NCBI GenBank assembly: GCA_016186945.1
Contig: JACPKR010000072.1
Location: 15,143-79,142 of the forward strand
Source: Deltaproteobacteria bacterium
GTDB lineage: Bacteria; Bdellovibrionota_B; Oligoflexia; Oligoflexales; Bog-1112
Direction: 5' to 3'
DNA: 64,000 nt
The notes beneath the pieces were generated by a model. That model ran no database searches, was not told where the DNA came from, and saw only the letters and a list, made by a program, of their open reading frames with translations. How positions within the stretch are numbered: position 1 is the stretch's first letter; each line of letters begins with the position of its first letter. Shown here piece by piece: positions 36,371 through 46,811 of this stretch. The translations under genes and the position numbers were made by a program.

Positions 36371-37357
36371 TTGGTTAACAAGGACTTCCAACATCAAAGC
36401 GTTCTCGTAGAAGAATCCATCGAGGCTTTATCCCTCAGAAAAGGCGATATTGTTGTGGATTGTACCGCTGGAGGTGGCGGTCATGCAGAAAAGATATGGG
36501 AACGCATTGCTCCCAACGGACTTCTTGTCTGTATAGATAGGGACCCGACCGCTATTGAGTACCTACAAACTCGTTTTTCCAGCCTGATCGAAGAAAAGAA
36601 AGTCGTCGTTATCAAAAACCGATTCTCACAACTCGAAACTATTAGCAAAATGTTAAACATTTCCGGAAGAGTCGGAGCCATACTTGCGGACCTCGGTGTT
36701 TCCTCAGTCCAACTTGACCAAGGTGAGCGAGGTTTTTCGTTTCTGAAGGATGCCCCCCTAGATATGCGCATGGACCCTTCATCTCATGCACAGTCAGCGG
36801 CAGATGTCCTTGCATCCCTTGATGAAAAGGAACTTGCTGCCATTTTTTTCAAATTGGGAGAAGAAACTCAGGCCCGACAAATTGCTCGAGCAATCGTCAG
36901 GGAACGTGAAAAAAATCCTATTAAGACAACTCAACAGCTGGTTAACATTGTTACTGCGGTGAAAGGAGTACAAAAGAAAAAAAAACATCCGGCAACACTT
37001 GTGTTTCAAGCATTGCGAATTTTTGTAAACGAAGAGCTGGAAGAACTTCAGGCTCTCCTGACTCACTCTTTCTCCGTATTAAAACCCCACGGACGCCTGG
37101 CTATTATCAGCTTCCAATCACTGGAAGACAGGATCGTCAAAACTTTTTTTAAAGAAAAATCAGACAAACTCTCTAATAATATGAATCTCAAGTATCTTCC
37201 GGTTAGGGAAGATGACATCATCCTTCGCGCTGAAGGACGCATCATCAAACCATTCCCATTGCTTCCCGAAAACGAGGAAATCATATCCAATAAACGCTCC
37301 CGGAGTGCTAAACTTAGAGTAATTGAAAAACTCGGGACAAATGAACCCAAAACGTAA
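36371..37357 (+). CDS. rsmH: 16S rRNA m4C1402 methyltransferase
   Basis: DCTAGGGGHA, DLGVSS, PLDMRMD and RSRSAKLR. Confidence 0.96.
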   Translation: MVNKDFQHQSVLVEESIEALSLRKGDIVVDCTAGGGGHAEKIWERIAPNGLLVCIDRDPTAIEYLQTRFSSLIEEKKVVVIKNRFSQLETISKMLNISGRVGAILADLGVSSVQLDQGERGFSFLKDAPLDMRMDPSSHAQSAADVLASLDEKELAAIFFKLGEETQARQIARAIVREREKNPIKTTQQLVNIVTAVKGVQKKKKHPATLVFQALRIFVNEELEELQALLTHSFSVLKPHGRLAIISFQSLEDRIVKTFFKEKSDKLSNNMNLKYLPVREDDIILRAEGRIIKPFPLLPENEEIISNKRSRSAKLRVIEKLGTNEPKT

Positions 37358-37574
37358 AAAGTTATCTGCTGTCCTCGCCACTATATTAATCAGCCTTGCT
37401 TTGGCCAATTTCATTAAAATACACACAAAACTACAAGCTACTCTCCTTGGTTACGAGATAGGCCGTCTTAAACACCAGGAAGCACTGTATTTAAAAAAAA
37501 GAAGTCTTTTAACCATGGAGCTTGCCAAACTTACAACCAAAGCAAGTCTTTCTGAACTTATAAGGAAGCCATAA
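37341..37574 (+). CDS. ftsL: Cell division protein FtsL-like
   Basis: One TM plus coiled coil (LGYEIGRLK); lies between rsmH and ftsI. Confidence 0.75.
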   Translation: MNPKRKKLSAVLATILISLALANFIKIHTKLQATLLGYEIGRLKHQEALYLKKRSLLTMELAKLTTKASLSELIRKP

Positions 37575-37577
37575 TTT

Positions 37578-39374
37578 TTGATTTACAAAAAAATAAGACG
37601 AAGACTTTTCATTTTCTTTTCCCAAAGGCTCCCATCCCCACGTTTCTATTTCCACCGCGCTCGTATTGTTCATACAGGTTTCATTTGCGTTTTTTTTGTT
37701 CTTTTAGCGCGTGGCTTGTGGCTGCACCTTTTTCCCGCCTCGGAACTTCTGGACACGATTGCCAAGCAACATTATGAACGCAACATCGAACTTTCCCCAT
37801 ACCGTGGGACAATCTATGACCATCGCTATGTTCCCCTAGCCATAAGTATCAAGTCACCCTCTCTTGCTGTAAACCCCCGCGTTTTCAACCCTACAAATGA
37901 TGAAATTAAGAAACTCTCAAAACTACTGAAAATTTCCCCGGGGAAAATTAAAGAATTGAGGCACAAGAAGAATTATTTTGCCTGGTTAAAACGGAAGGTA
38001 GGATTTGAATCCTCCGAAAAAGTAAGCTCCATGAACATCAAAGGCCTGCATAAATTAACCGAACCTGCACGCTTCTACCCCCAAGGTACCTACGGTGCCC
38101 ATCTGATCGGATTTGTAGGTACCGACGACACCGGGCTGTTCGGACTAGAACGAGCACATGAAAAGAAACTCAGCGGTGCAAGCATAAACTCACTTAGACT
38201 TAAGGATGCTAAAGGACAACCTATTTTCCTAAGCGCCGATTCCGCCCTCCCTCAACAGTCTGGGTTAAACATCGTGCTCACACTAGATAGTGTCGTGCAG
38301 GAAATTGCTGAAAAAGCACTTGCCAAGTGGACACGACTCGCTCGAGCAAAACATGGCTTTGCCATCGTGTCGGACCCACATACCGGAAGAATCCTCGCAC
38401 TAGCCAACCAACCTGAGTTTGATCCCAATAAACCCGTCGGTCTCGATGTCCAGAAAACGATTAACTTTGCCGTTACAGGACTCTTCGAACCTGGCTCAGT
38501 CGTTAAACCAATCGTGATCGCGACAGCGATAGAAAAGAAACTTGTGGGAGAAAATGACGTCCACACCTGTGAGAAAAATGGGAGGCTCAAGATCGATTCC
38601 AATAACTTCATCCACGACGATCACCCTAAGGAATTCTTGACAACAACAGAAATCATAGTCAACTCCAGCAACATTTGTGCCTACAAGATTGCCAAAAGGT
38701 TAGGGAAAAAAGCCCTCTGGGAAACATACCGATCCTTCGGTTTTGACAGTGGCAACACCATATTAGACCTTCCAGGTGCCACAGCCGGCCGAATTTCCCG
38801 TCCCGAAAGCTGGGGCGAGCTGCGATTTGCCAACATAGCCTTCGGACAAGGGCTTCTCGTCACCGGACTGGAAATGGTCCAAGCGTTCGCTGTTTTTGCG
38901 AACGGTGGCAACCTCATCAAACCCTACCTGATCGAACGTATCGAAAGCGACGACGGAAACATTCTGTTCAGCTACAACACCCTCCAGAAGACGAAGGTGC
39001 TTTCCCCAAAAACTGTCAACTTTATGCGTAAAGCCCTGGTACGAGTCGTAACGGAGGGAACAGGTACCCTCGCTCAGTCAGACTGGTATACAACGGCAGG
39101 AAAAACAGGAACGGCCGAAAAAGTAGACTCGTCTACCAGACGCTATTCCGCCGAAAAAAGAATCCCCAATTTTGTCGGCTTTGCTCCCGTCAGCGATCCC
39201 CATATTCTTGTCTATATTGCCCTCGACGAACCCAGAGAAAAACCATACTATGGTGGGAAATGGGCTGCCCCTGCCTTTAGTGAAATCGTCACAAAAACTT
39301 TAAAATACCTTAATGTTGCGCCAGATAAGGCCAATCAAGAAAATGAAAAAGAACGTTTAAGCATAAACCAATGA
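37578..39374 (+). CDS. ftsI: Penicillin-binding protein 3 (FtsI)
   Basis: RGTIYD, EPGSVVK, SSN and KTGTA motifs; dcw position. Confidence 0.93.
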   Translation: MIYKKIRRRLFIFFSQRLPSPRFYFHRARIVHTGFICVFFVLLARGLWLHLFPASELLDTIAKQHYERNIELSPYRGTIYDHRYVPLAISIKSPSLAVNPRVFNPTNDEIKKLSKLLKISPGKIKELRHKKNYFAWLKRKVGFESSEKVSSMNIKGLHKLTEPARFYPQGTYGAHLIGFVGTDDTGLFGLERAHEKKLSGASINSLRLKDAKGQPIFLSADSALPQQSGLNIVLTLDSVVQEIAEKALAKWTRLARAKHGFAIVSDPHTGRILALANQPEFDPNKPVGLDVQKTINFAVTGLFEPGSVVKPIVIATAIEKKLVGENDVHTCEKNGRLKIDSNNFIHDDHPKEFLTTTEIIVNSSNICAYKIAKRLGKKALWETYRSFGFDSGNTILDLPGATAGRISRPESWGELRFANIAFGQGLLVTGLEMVQAFAVFANGGNLIKPYLIERIESDDGNILFSYNTLQKTKVLSPKTVNFMRKALVRVVTEGTGTLAQSDWYTTAGKTGTAEKVDSSTRRYSAEKRIPNFVGFAPVSDPHILVYIALDEPREKPYYGGKWAAPAFSEIVTKTLKYLNVAPDKANQENEKERLSINQ

Positions 39375-40915
39375 AAGCCATGAATCCCATTTCCTACCAA
39401 TCCATCTTCCCAACACTAGATACATGGGGTCTACTAAAACGAAGCCATCTCAGTAGGCCAGGGCAAGGTTCTCTGCAAATCAATTCCCAATCCATCACCC
39501 GTGGTGATGTTTTCATAGCAATGCAGGGAACTTCCACCAACTCCCACGCGTTCATTCCTCAAGCAATCGAATCCGGAGCACATTTCCTAATATTCGACCA
39601 GACCGACACACTCACCTTCCCACTACCCGAACAAGTCAGCTGGGCCGAAGTTACAAACAGCCGCGCTGCATGGGCCGCCCTCTCTGCCCAAGCTTATGGA
39701 AATCCGCAAAACAAACTCTCATTATATGGCGTTACAGGCACTAATGGGAAAACATCTACAACCCAGATGGCAGGTCAACTGATACGTCTCTGCGGTTCTA
39801 AATGCCTGACAATAGGCACCCTGGGCGCAAGCGACGGAACCAAGCACTGGCCCAGCCCCCATACGACCCCTGATCCGCCAGAACTCTTCGCCCTGCTCAA
39901 TCACTGCGTGGAAAATCATATCCCCACTGTCATCATGGAAGTCTCCTCCCACGCAATGGAGCAACAAAAAGTCTTTCCTCTAAAATTCTCAGGAGGCGCT
40001 TTCACCAGCTTCTCCCAAGACCACCTTGATTTCCATAAAACCATGGGCGCATACTGGGAAGCAAAACTGGCCTTTTTCACAACAAAACTGGAAGAAAACG
40101 CCCTTGTACTTGTAAACGAAACTATAAAAAATTTCCCCATGCACCAATTTAAGAATGGGATGACCTACGGTGGTCTAGCAGGAAGTCATCACCCCCCGTC
40201 TCTGAAAATTCTTTTGAATGAGTCTAGTTCCGAAAATCAAATTATAACCATCCAATACACAGAAAAAGAATTCAAAGGTGAATTTCCCTTTTCTGGTTTT
40301 CATAACGCGGAAAACTTTACCGCAGCTTGGGCTATCGCAAGAGATGCAATCGGAAAAGACCCCGACCCCAGTCTATGGAAGCAAGTAAAACCTATCCCCG
40401 GTCGTTGCGAAGTCGTCAACCCCAATAGAAAGAATGAACCAACGGTTATTATCGACTTTGCACACACACCAGATGCCCTTAAAACTGTTCTGCTCTCCCT
40501 CAAGAAAACCACCGAACAAAGACTATGGTTAGTGTTTGGATGCGGGGGCGATCGAGACAAAGGCAAACGCCCCAAAATGGCAAAAATCGGCGAAGACTAT
40601 GCAAACTTCCTGGTGCTCACTAGCGACAACCCCCGTAGTGAAAATCCAGAAACCATTATTGAAGACATGAAGGCAGGACTTTGCAAAAACAGAAACACTT
40701 TCGTGGAAATCAACCGAGAAGATGCCATTTCTTTCGCCATACGAAAAGCTATTCAAGATGACATCGTCCTAATCGCTGGAAAAGGTCACGAAAATTACCA
40801 AATTTTTAAGGATAAAAAAATTCCGTTCAGCGATCACGAAATAGCCATGCATTGCTTAGAAACCTTCTGGAGAAACCATGACGATAGCTTGGACATCTTA
40901 CAAACAATGGCTTGA
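39371..40915 (+). CDS. murE: UDP-MurNAc-tripeptide synthetase
   Basis: GTNGKTST, MEVSSH, DFAHTPDA, DNPR and AGKGHE. Confidence 0.95.
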   Translation: MKAMNPISYQSIFPTLDTWGLLKRSHLSRPGQGSLQINSQSITRGDVFIAMQGTSTNSHAFIPQAIESGAHFLIFDQTDTLTFPLPEQVSWAEVTNSRAAWAALSAQAYGNPQNKLSLYGVTGTNGKTSTTQMAGQLIRLCGSKCLTIGTLGASDGTKHWPSPHTTPDPPELFALLNHCVENHIPTVIMEVSSHAMEQQKVFPLKFSGGAFTSFSQDHLDFHKTMGAYWEAKLAFFTTKLEENALVLVNETIKNFPMHQFKNGMTYGGLAGSHHPPSLKILLNESSSENQIITIQYTEKEFKGEFPFSGFHNAENFTAAWAIARDAIGKDPDPSLWKQVKPIPGRCEVVNPNRKNEPTVIIDFAHTPDALKTVLLSLKKTTEQRLWLVFGCGGDRDKGKRPKMAKIGEDYANFLVLTSDNPRSENPETIIEDMKAGLCKNRNTFVEINREDAISFAIRKAIQDDIVLIAGKGHENYQIFKDKKIPFSDHEIAMHCLETFWRNHDDSLDILQTMA

Positions 40916-42254
40916 AAGTACTCTACTTTCACCTCTACCAGAAAATCAACCGTGCCCACTGCCAGGGGACCTCTCCACCAATAGTAGAACCCTTCAGTCT
41001 GGTCAGTGGTTCCTTCCGCTTAAAGGAACACAATTCGATGGACATGACTATATCGAGGAAGCCATCAAGAATGGAGCTGCAGGTACTTTCTCAGAACGAC
41101 AAGTCTCATCCACCGTTCCTATGATACTTGTCAAAAATACTCTGGACACTTACCACAGCATTGCAGGAGGATGGCGTTCGACACTTCCTTCCATAAAAAC
41201 AGTTGCCCTTACGGGATCCCTCGGGAAAACGACCGTCAAAACAATGACAAGCCTCATGCTCGCCACACAAGGAGAAACCTTCAGTACCCCAGGAAACCAA
41301 AATAACGAGTTCGGAATTCCCAAATCTGTCCTTAATTTGAAAGCAGACCATAAGTTTTCTGTTTTTGAATTAGGAGCACGACACCCAAACGACATCTCAA
41401 CCCTCGTAAAGATCGTTCAACCAAACGTCTCTGCTTGTCTAAATATCGCTTCCCCACACCAAGAGATTTTTGGCTGCCGAGAAATGACAATGAATACAAA
41501 GTTGGAAATCCTTAAAGATGCTCCCCCTCAATGCAAAGGGGTAGTCCTCTACGACGACCCAACGCTTCTTGAAAAAGCAAAGAAAATAAAGAAAGATCTC
41601 ATAACATTTGGCTTTGACAAAAGAGCCGCCATTTTCATTCAATCGCACCATATTGAAAATGAAATGCTTCTAGTAGGTCTAAATATTTTTGGGAAAAACC
41701 TCGAAGTGTCCCTGAGCCTCTATCACGAATCTTTCCCTATAAACCTTGCCGCCGCTTTCGCAATCACAGAAGCTTTGGGCGTTTCCTCGGAAACGTGCGT
41801 AAAAGGCCTGGAACACTTCAAAGGTCTGCCAGGGCGCTTTAAAATTCACAGGCGACCTAGCTACACGGTCGTCGATGATTCCTACAACGCAAGTCCCGAA
41901 AGCATGAAAGCAGGGATAAAGAGTCTTTTCAAACTGTTTCCCAAAAGAAAAAAGGTACTCATTCTTGGTGAAATGTTTGAACTTGGCCCAAGTTCTGATA
42001 AAAAACACCGCGAAATCGGTTCCTTCTGTGCACAAGAAAAACCAGACTTCCTCGTCACCGTTGGAAACCACGCACGATTACTTGCTGATGAAGCTGAAAA
42101 GAGAGGTTTTCCTAAAAAATCAGTACAAAGATTCGACGATGTCTCGGAACTTCTTGACTCGATTCACTCCATCAACAATAAAGGCGATCTTTTCTATGTA
42201 AAAGGGTCAAGAAAAGTACAACTTGATCTCGTAGTTGCGCAACTGATTTCCTAA
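40878..42254 (+). CDS. murF: UDP-MurNAc-pentapeptide synthetase
   Basis: FDGHD, GSLGKTT, DDSYNASPES and KGSR. Confidence 0.95.
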   Translation: MTIAWTSYKQWLESTLLSPLPENQPCPLPGDLSTNSRTLQSGQWFLPLKGTQFDGHDYIEEAIKNGAAGTFSERQVSSTVPMILVKNTLDTYHSIAGGWRSTLPSIKTVALTGSLGKTTVKTMTSLMLATQGETFSTPGNQNNEFGIPKSVLNLKADHKFSVFELGARHPNDISTLVKIVQPNVSACLNIASPHQEIFGCREMTMNTKLEILKDAPPQCKGVVLYDDPTLLEKAKKIKKDLITFGFDKRAAIFIQSHHIENEMLLVGLNIFGKNLEVSLSLYHESFPINLAAAFAITEALGVSSETCVKGLEHFKGLPGRFKIHRRPSYTVVDDSYNASPESMKAGIKSLFKLFPKRKKVLILGEMFELGPSSDKKHREIGSFCAQEKPDFLVTVGNHARLLADEAEKRGFPKKSVQRFDDVSELLDSIHSINNKGDLFYVKGSRKVQLDLVVAQLIS

Positions 42255-42267
42255 ATAGGAGCCTTAC

Positions 42268-43344
42268 TTGCTATACCATTTGCTTTTCCAACTTTCTGCA
42301 AACATAAGTGCTTTGAACGTTACCCGATATATTTCCTTCAGGTCTATTGTTTCGTTACTTACGGCTCTGTTTATCAGCGTGCTCGTTTCCCCATGGTTTA
42401 TTCGGAAGCTAAAACTTAAACAACTTGGACAAGTGATAAGAGAAGATGGACCTAAAAGCCACTTTAGCAAAGCCGGAGTTCCTACCATGGGAGGAGCCCT
42501 TATACTTCTCTCAGTCATCGTCCCAGCTTTATTGTGGATGAATTGGCTTAACCCGTACTTATGGTATTGTATGGCAATATTCGCTGGTTATGGAATTCTT
42601 GGTTTTGTTGACGATTACAGGAAAATTCGGAAAAAAAACTCACGAGGGGTCCCGGGGAAAATCAAACTTTTCTGGCAAACCTCTATTGCTTTAGCTGTTT
42701 GCCTGTTTTTCTACTTCTCCGAAGATCATATGGGGCTAATTACGATCCCTTTTTTCAAACACCTGAGCGTTGATCTTGGAATGTTCTACATCCCAGCGGC
42801 TGCTTTTATTATTGTGGGATCCAGCAACGCCGTGAATCTAACCGATGGCCTTGACGGACTTGCCATTGGTCCCGTGCTTGTCGCCTCCGCTTGCTTTGCA
42901 GTCCTATCGTATGTTTCAGGACACCAAGTTATAGCTAGCTACCTCAATTTTCCCTTCATCCGACATGCTGGAGAACTTACAATCTTCGCTTCCTGCCTCG
43001 TGGGCGCGGGTATGGGATTCCTTTGGTACAATACATACCCTGCTCAAGTTTTCATGGGCGACGTCGGGTCGCTTCCACTAGGCGGAGCACTCGGAGCACT
43101 CGCTATCCTGTCGAAACATGAAATTCTTCTTGCCATAATAGGAGGCGTCTTTGTACTCGAGGCTGTGTCGGTCATTACACAAGTCGCCTCTTTCAAACTC
43201 ACCGGGCGCCGTGTTTTTCGTATGGCTCCCATTCACCACCATTTCGAATTGAAAGGCTGGCCAGAGCCTAAGATTATCGTCCGCTTCTGGATCATTTCCG
43301 CAGTGCTTGCCCTCATTGGGCTGCTAAGCTTGAAGATTCGATAG
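42268..43344 (+). CDS. mraY: Phospho-MurNAc-pentapeptide translocase
   Basis: PTMGG, NAVNLTDGLDGL, FMGDVGS and MAPIHHHFE. Confidence 0.97.
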   Translation: MLYHLLFQLSANISALNVTRYISFRSIVSLLTALFISVLVSPWFIRKLKLKQLGQVIREDGPKSHFSKAGVPTMGGALILLSVIVPALLWMNWLNPYLWYCMAIFAGYGILGFVDDYRKIRKKNSRGVPGKIKLFWQTSIALAVCLFFYFSEDHMGLITIPFFKHLSVDLGMFYIPAAAFIIVGSSNAVNLTDGLDGLAIGPVLVASACFAVLSYVSGHQVIASYLNFPFIRHAGELTIFASCLVGAGMGFLWYNTYPAQVFMGDVGSLPLGGALGALAILSKHEILLAIIGGVFVLEAVSVITQVASFKLTGRRVFRMAPIHHHFELKGWPEPKIIVRFWIISAVLALIGLLSLKIR

Positions 43345-43352
43345 GACAGAAT

Positions 43353-44609
43353 ATGAGTTGGTTGATACTAGGCGCAGGACGCTCAGGAATGGGAGCAAAA
43401 AAACTACTGGAATCATCCGGGCAGAGCGCATTTCTTTATGACGAAAACACAAAATATGGCAGCATGCCAAACCTTATTTTCCACCCCGATCATCCTATTT
43501 TTAATGAAAAAGATTTGACATTTGTAGTAAGCCCCGGATTCCCTCCTCAACACACGATTCTAAAAAGAGCAAAAGACCTAGGGTTAAAAGTAATAACTGA
43601 AATCGATCTTGCGCTTGAACATTTTAGAGGCACCCTAATTGCGGTCACAGGAACCAACGGCAAATCAACTACTGTTATGATGATCTCTCACCTCCTCAAA
43701 TCAAAAACTATCGATCACAGTGTCGGAGGTAACATTGGCATTGCAGCGTCCTCTCTCATGATCGAAAAGCCAAGCCTCCTTGTACTGGAACTCTCGAGCT
43801 ACCAGCTTGAATCCTCTCACAAGATTGCTCCCCACGTCGCGGTTATCACAGGAATTGCACCCGACCACCAAAGCCGACATGGCACCATGGAAGCTTATCT
43901 TGCCAGCAAATGGCGCATCTTTGAAAAACAATCTTCTTCAGACTTTGCTATAATCGAGAAGAATGCCTATAACATGGCACTCTCAATGAATCTAAAAAAA
44001 CCTGAAGCAAACGTGATACTTTTGGATAAACATCATGTAAATTTCCCAAGAATCAGAAACTTCTCGTGGAAACACGATTGTCTGAACGCCCTATTTTCTG
44101 CACATGCTGTGTCAAAACTTCTTAAGATAGATGCCGAGAGCCTACTTGTTTCTTTCGAAAATTTCGTTGGCCTTCCCCATCGATGCCAGATCATCGGCAG
44201 GCGAAATGGATACAGAATTATCAACGACAGCAAGTCTACTACAATGGATTCAACCATTCATGCCCTGTCGGATCTTAATGGGCAAGTAACTCTGTTCCTT
44301 GGTGGACTTAGTAAAGGTGAGGAATTTAAGCAAATCGCAGAGTTTAGACACACGATAGCGAGTATCGTGGCCTTTGGACCGACCTCTGCACAAATCGCCC
44401 GGGACCTCGCTAGTTATGTTCCCGTCTTTTGCTTTACGAATTTGAAGGCTGCGACGGAAGCCTTGCCAAATATTATGGAGACACTCAGGGGCGACCTTCT
44501 TTTTTCTCCAGCCTGCCCCAGCCAGGACGAATTTAGCGATTTTGAAGAAAGAGGAACTTTCTTCACAAACGCATGTAGCCCCTTCCTGGAAAACTTAGGA
44601 TGTCTATGA
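43353..44609 (+). CDS. murD: UDP-MurNAc-L-Ala--D-Glu ligase
   Basis: GTNGKSTT, LELSSYQL, NDSKST and SPAC…FEERG. Confidence 0.94.
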   Translation: MSWLILGAGRSGMGAKKLLESSGQSAFLYDENTKYGSMPNLIFHPDHPIFNEKDLTFVVSPGFPPQHTILKRAKDLGLKVITEIDLALEHFRGTLIAVTGTNGKSTTVMMISHLLKSKTIDHSVGGNIGIAASSLMIEKPSLLVLELSSYQLESSHKIAPHVAVITGIAPDHQSRHGTMEAYLASKWRIFEKQSSSDFAIIEKNAYNMALSMNLKKPEANVILLDKHHVNFPRIRNFSWKHDCLNALFSAHAVSKLLKIDAESLLVSFENFVGLPHRCQIIGRRNGYRIINDSKSTTMDSTIHALSDLNGQVTLFLGGLSKGEEFKQIAEFRHTIASIVAFGPTSAQIARDLASYVPVFCFTNLKAATEALPNIMETLRGDLLFSPACPSQDEFSDFEERGTFFTNACSPFLENLGCL

Positions 44610-45724
44610 AAAGCTCCCCCTCCCTACGGATCGATTTCATCATCCTTTACGTGACTGGACTATTGACAGTTTACGGCTTACTTGCCATTTATGCTTCTTC
44701 CGCATTGAAGAGCCTCGAGCTGTACCACCAAGCCCATTACTTTTTCCAAAAGCAAGCTCTTGCTGTTTTAATAGGATTTTTTATTATCTTTTTACTTTAC
44801 AAAATTCCCTTTGCCTGGATTTCTCATCTCGCATTACCGATAGTGCTCCTCTCTCTTATATTACTTGGACTTGTCTTCGTCCCAGGACTTTACCCAAAAG
44901 TTGGGGGGGCGATGCGGTGGTTGGACATCGGTGGCTTGCGGATTCAACCAGGCGAATTAGCTAAACTAGCGACCGTGTTTTTTCTCGCTAAAAACCTCTC
45001 ACGAGAAAAGAGTGACCTCAACCGATTCACAAGTGGTCTCCTTCCCAATATTCTATTCATTGCGCTTGTCTGCTCGCTTCTTATCATTCAACCGGATTTC
45101 GGTACTGCAGTTCTATTAATGTTAGTCGCATTCCTGATGCTTTTCATCGCTGGCCTATCCAGAAAAACAATTTTATTCTCTTTCGCTATTGGTTTTACGG
45201 TACTTACAGCAGGTATATTCGCAGCTCCCTACAGGGTCAAGCGGCTACTGAGTTTTCTTGACCCTTGGAGTACCCTTCACACGGAAGGTTTTCAAATCAT
45301 CCAAAGCTTTCTAGCCTTCCAAAACGGAGGCATGATGGGTGTTGGAGTGGGAGCGTCGAAACAGAAACTGTTTTTTCTTCCCGAAGCGCATACGGATTTT
45401 ATACTTTCCGTCATAGCTGAGGAAAGCGGCTTTCTTGGCACTGCCTTTGTAATCCTTTCGTTCTTGCTCCTAGTGGTTTGTGGAATCCAAACCACCCTGC
45501 AACAAAACATCCGCTATAGACAAGTTCTTTCTTTTGGCTTCACCTCACTCATCGCTCTTCAGTCCCTTTTCAACATCGGGGTAGTGATGGGTGTTCTCCC
45601 TACAAAGGGAATTCCTCTCCCTCTAATCAGCAGTGGAATCGCATCGTTGCTTGTCTTCCTCTTCGTGATTGGCATCATAGCCCGACTAGCGAAGGAAAGT
45701 AATCTGGATGAACAAAGAAGATGA
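44600..45724 (+). CDS. ftsW: Peptidoglycan glycosyltransferase FtsW
   Basis: QPGELAK, QPDFGT, FLPEAHTDFI and PTKGIPLP. Confidence 0.95.
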   Translation: MSMKSSPSLRIDFIILYVTGLLTVYGLLAIYASSALKSLELYHQAHYFFQKQALAVLIGFFIIFLLYKIPFAWISHLALPIVLLSLILLGLVFVPGLYPKVGGAMRWLDIGGLRIQPGELAKLATVFFLAKNLSREKSDLNRFTSGLLPNILFIALVCSLLIIQPDFGTAVLLMLVAFLMLFIAGLSRKTILFSFAIGFTVLTAGIFAAPYRVKRLLSFLDPWSTLHTEGFQIIQSFLAFQNGGMMGVGVGASKQKLFFLPEAHTDFILSVIAEESGFLGTAFVILSFLLLVVCGIQTTLQQNIRYRQVLSFGFTSLIALQSLFNIGVVMGVLPTKGIPLPLISSGIASLLVFLFVIGIIARLAKESNLDEQRR

Positions 45725-45955
45725 GAGGGGATCGTCTCTCTAGTGTTTCATCAAGTCTATTCAGTTGCCTGACAAAATATGAACTGATTTTTACGATGCC
45801 ATCTCCACAGACGAAAAACGTTGTACAATAATATTAAGGGTCGTTCAGCCCCGACAGATCAATCTTGAAAATGTAGTGTTTTTCATTCTACTTTTTACAG
45901 ACTCATATTAACTGTCTATCCGTTCAATCTCCATGCTTTTGCGAGATGTGAAGAT

Positions 45956-46801
45956 ATGATGTCATTTGGAAAACAAAAAAATAGTGCTGCAAGTTCCAAC
46001 GTTTTGATTAGCCAAAAAGTCTATAAAAAAAAGCGTCACAAATTCCTAAATCTAAAGCCCAAAAAAATAAGGCAGACTTTTCTTTCATGCTCAACACTGA
46101 TTGTTTTTATCATTGCGACCTCAATGACGATCGTGACCTTTCGCACGTACTCAAATAACTCGAAATGCAGTGCAATTGAACTACTCGACAAAAATGATAG
46201 TGCAGTCGAATCTTATATAAAGGCATCATGCAACGATAGGGAAAACAGCATCTACGAGGTATCAGCCGAGGCACAAAAACGTTTTGGGTTACTTTCAATG
46301 ACCATTTTCAGGACACCTGATGACCATTGGCTCCTCTCCTGGGCACAAAGGGTCCCGGCAATGTTGATTGAAGCAGACAAGATTCGTATCTTGTCACGAA
46401 ACGGGGATGTTTATGGCTCTGCTGACCTGTACAAACCCGAGATTCAGACGATTCTTACAGGTGTATTTTCGCGAGAATCCAAGCAGTTCTTGCTGAATAA
46501 TGATAATACAATCATCGTTTCAAAAGACGAGAGAGATGTCATTACATCCGCACTAACTCTACTTTCAGAATCAAGTGAAAGATCGCTAAGAATTGAAAAG
46601 ATTACATACCAGCAACACCGAGGCTTCGTCGCCAAATTACGTGAACAAAACATCCTCGTTTCGTTCGGTAACCCGCCGTTTGAAAAGAAATTCAAGAGAC
46701 TTTTTAACGTTTTGAAGTCTATGAAAGATGGAACCAGCGAAATAAAATCTATCGAACTTGATTACAGTGACAAAGCTTTTTTGACTTTCAAACAATCTTG
46801 A
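45956..46801 (+). CDS. ftsQ: Cell division protein FtsQ/DivIB-like
   Basis: Basic cytoplasmic segment, one TM, C-terminal SIELDY; lies immediately before ftsA. Confidence 0.65.
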   Translation: MMSFGKQKNSAASSNVLISQKVYKKKRHKFLNLKPKKIRQTFLSCSTLIVFIIATSMTIVTFRTYSNNSKCSAIELLDKNDSAVESYIKASCNDRENSIYEVSAEAQKRFGLLSMTIFRTPDDHWLLSWAQRVPAMLIEADKIRILSRNGDVYGSADLYKPEIQTILTGVFSRESKQFLLNNDNTIIVSKDERDVITSALTLLSESSERSLRIEKITYQQHRGFVAKLREQNILVSFGNPPFEKKFKRLFNVLKSMKDGTSEIKSIELDYSDKAFLTFKQS

Positions 46802-46811
46802 AAGCTACCCT

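Noticed and set aside
45708-45955. murG pseudogene in the ftsW-ftsQ gap
   Set aside because: No GGTGGH or other recognisable remnant seen
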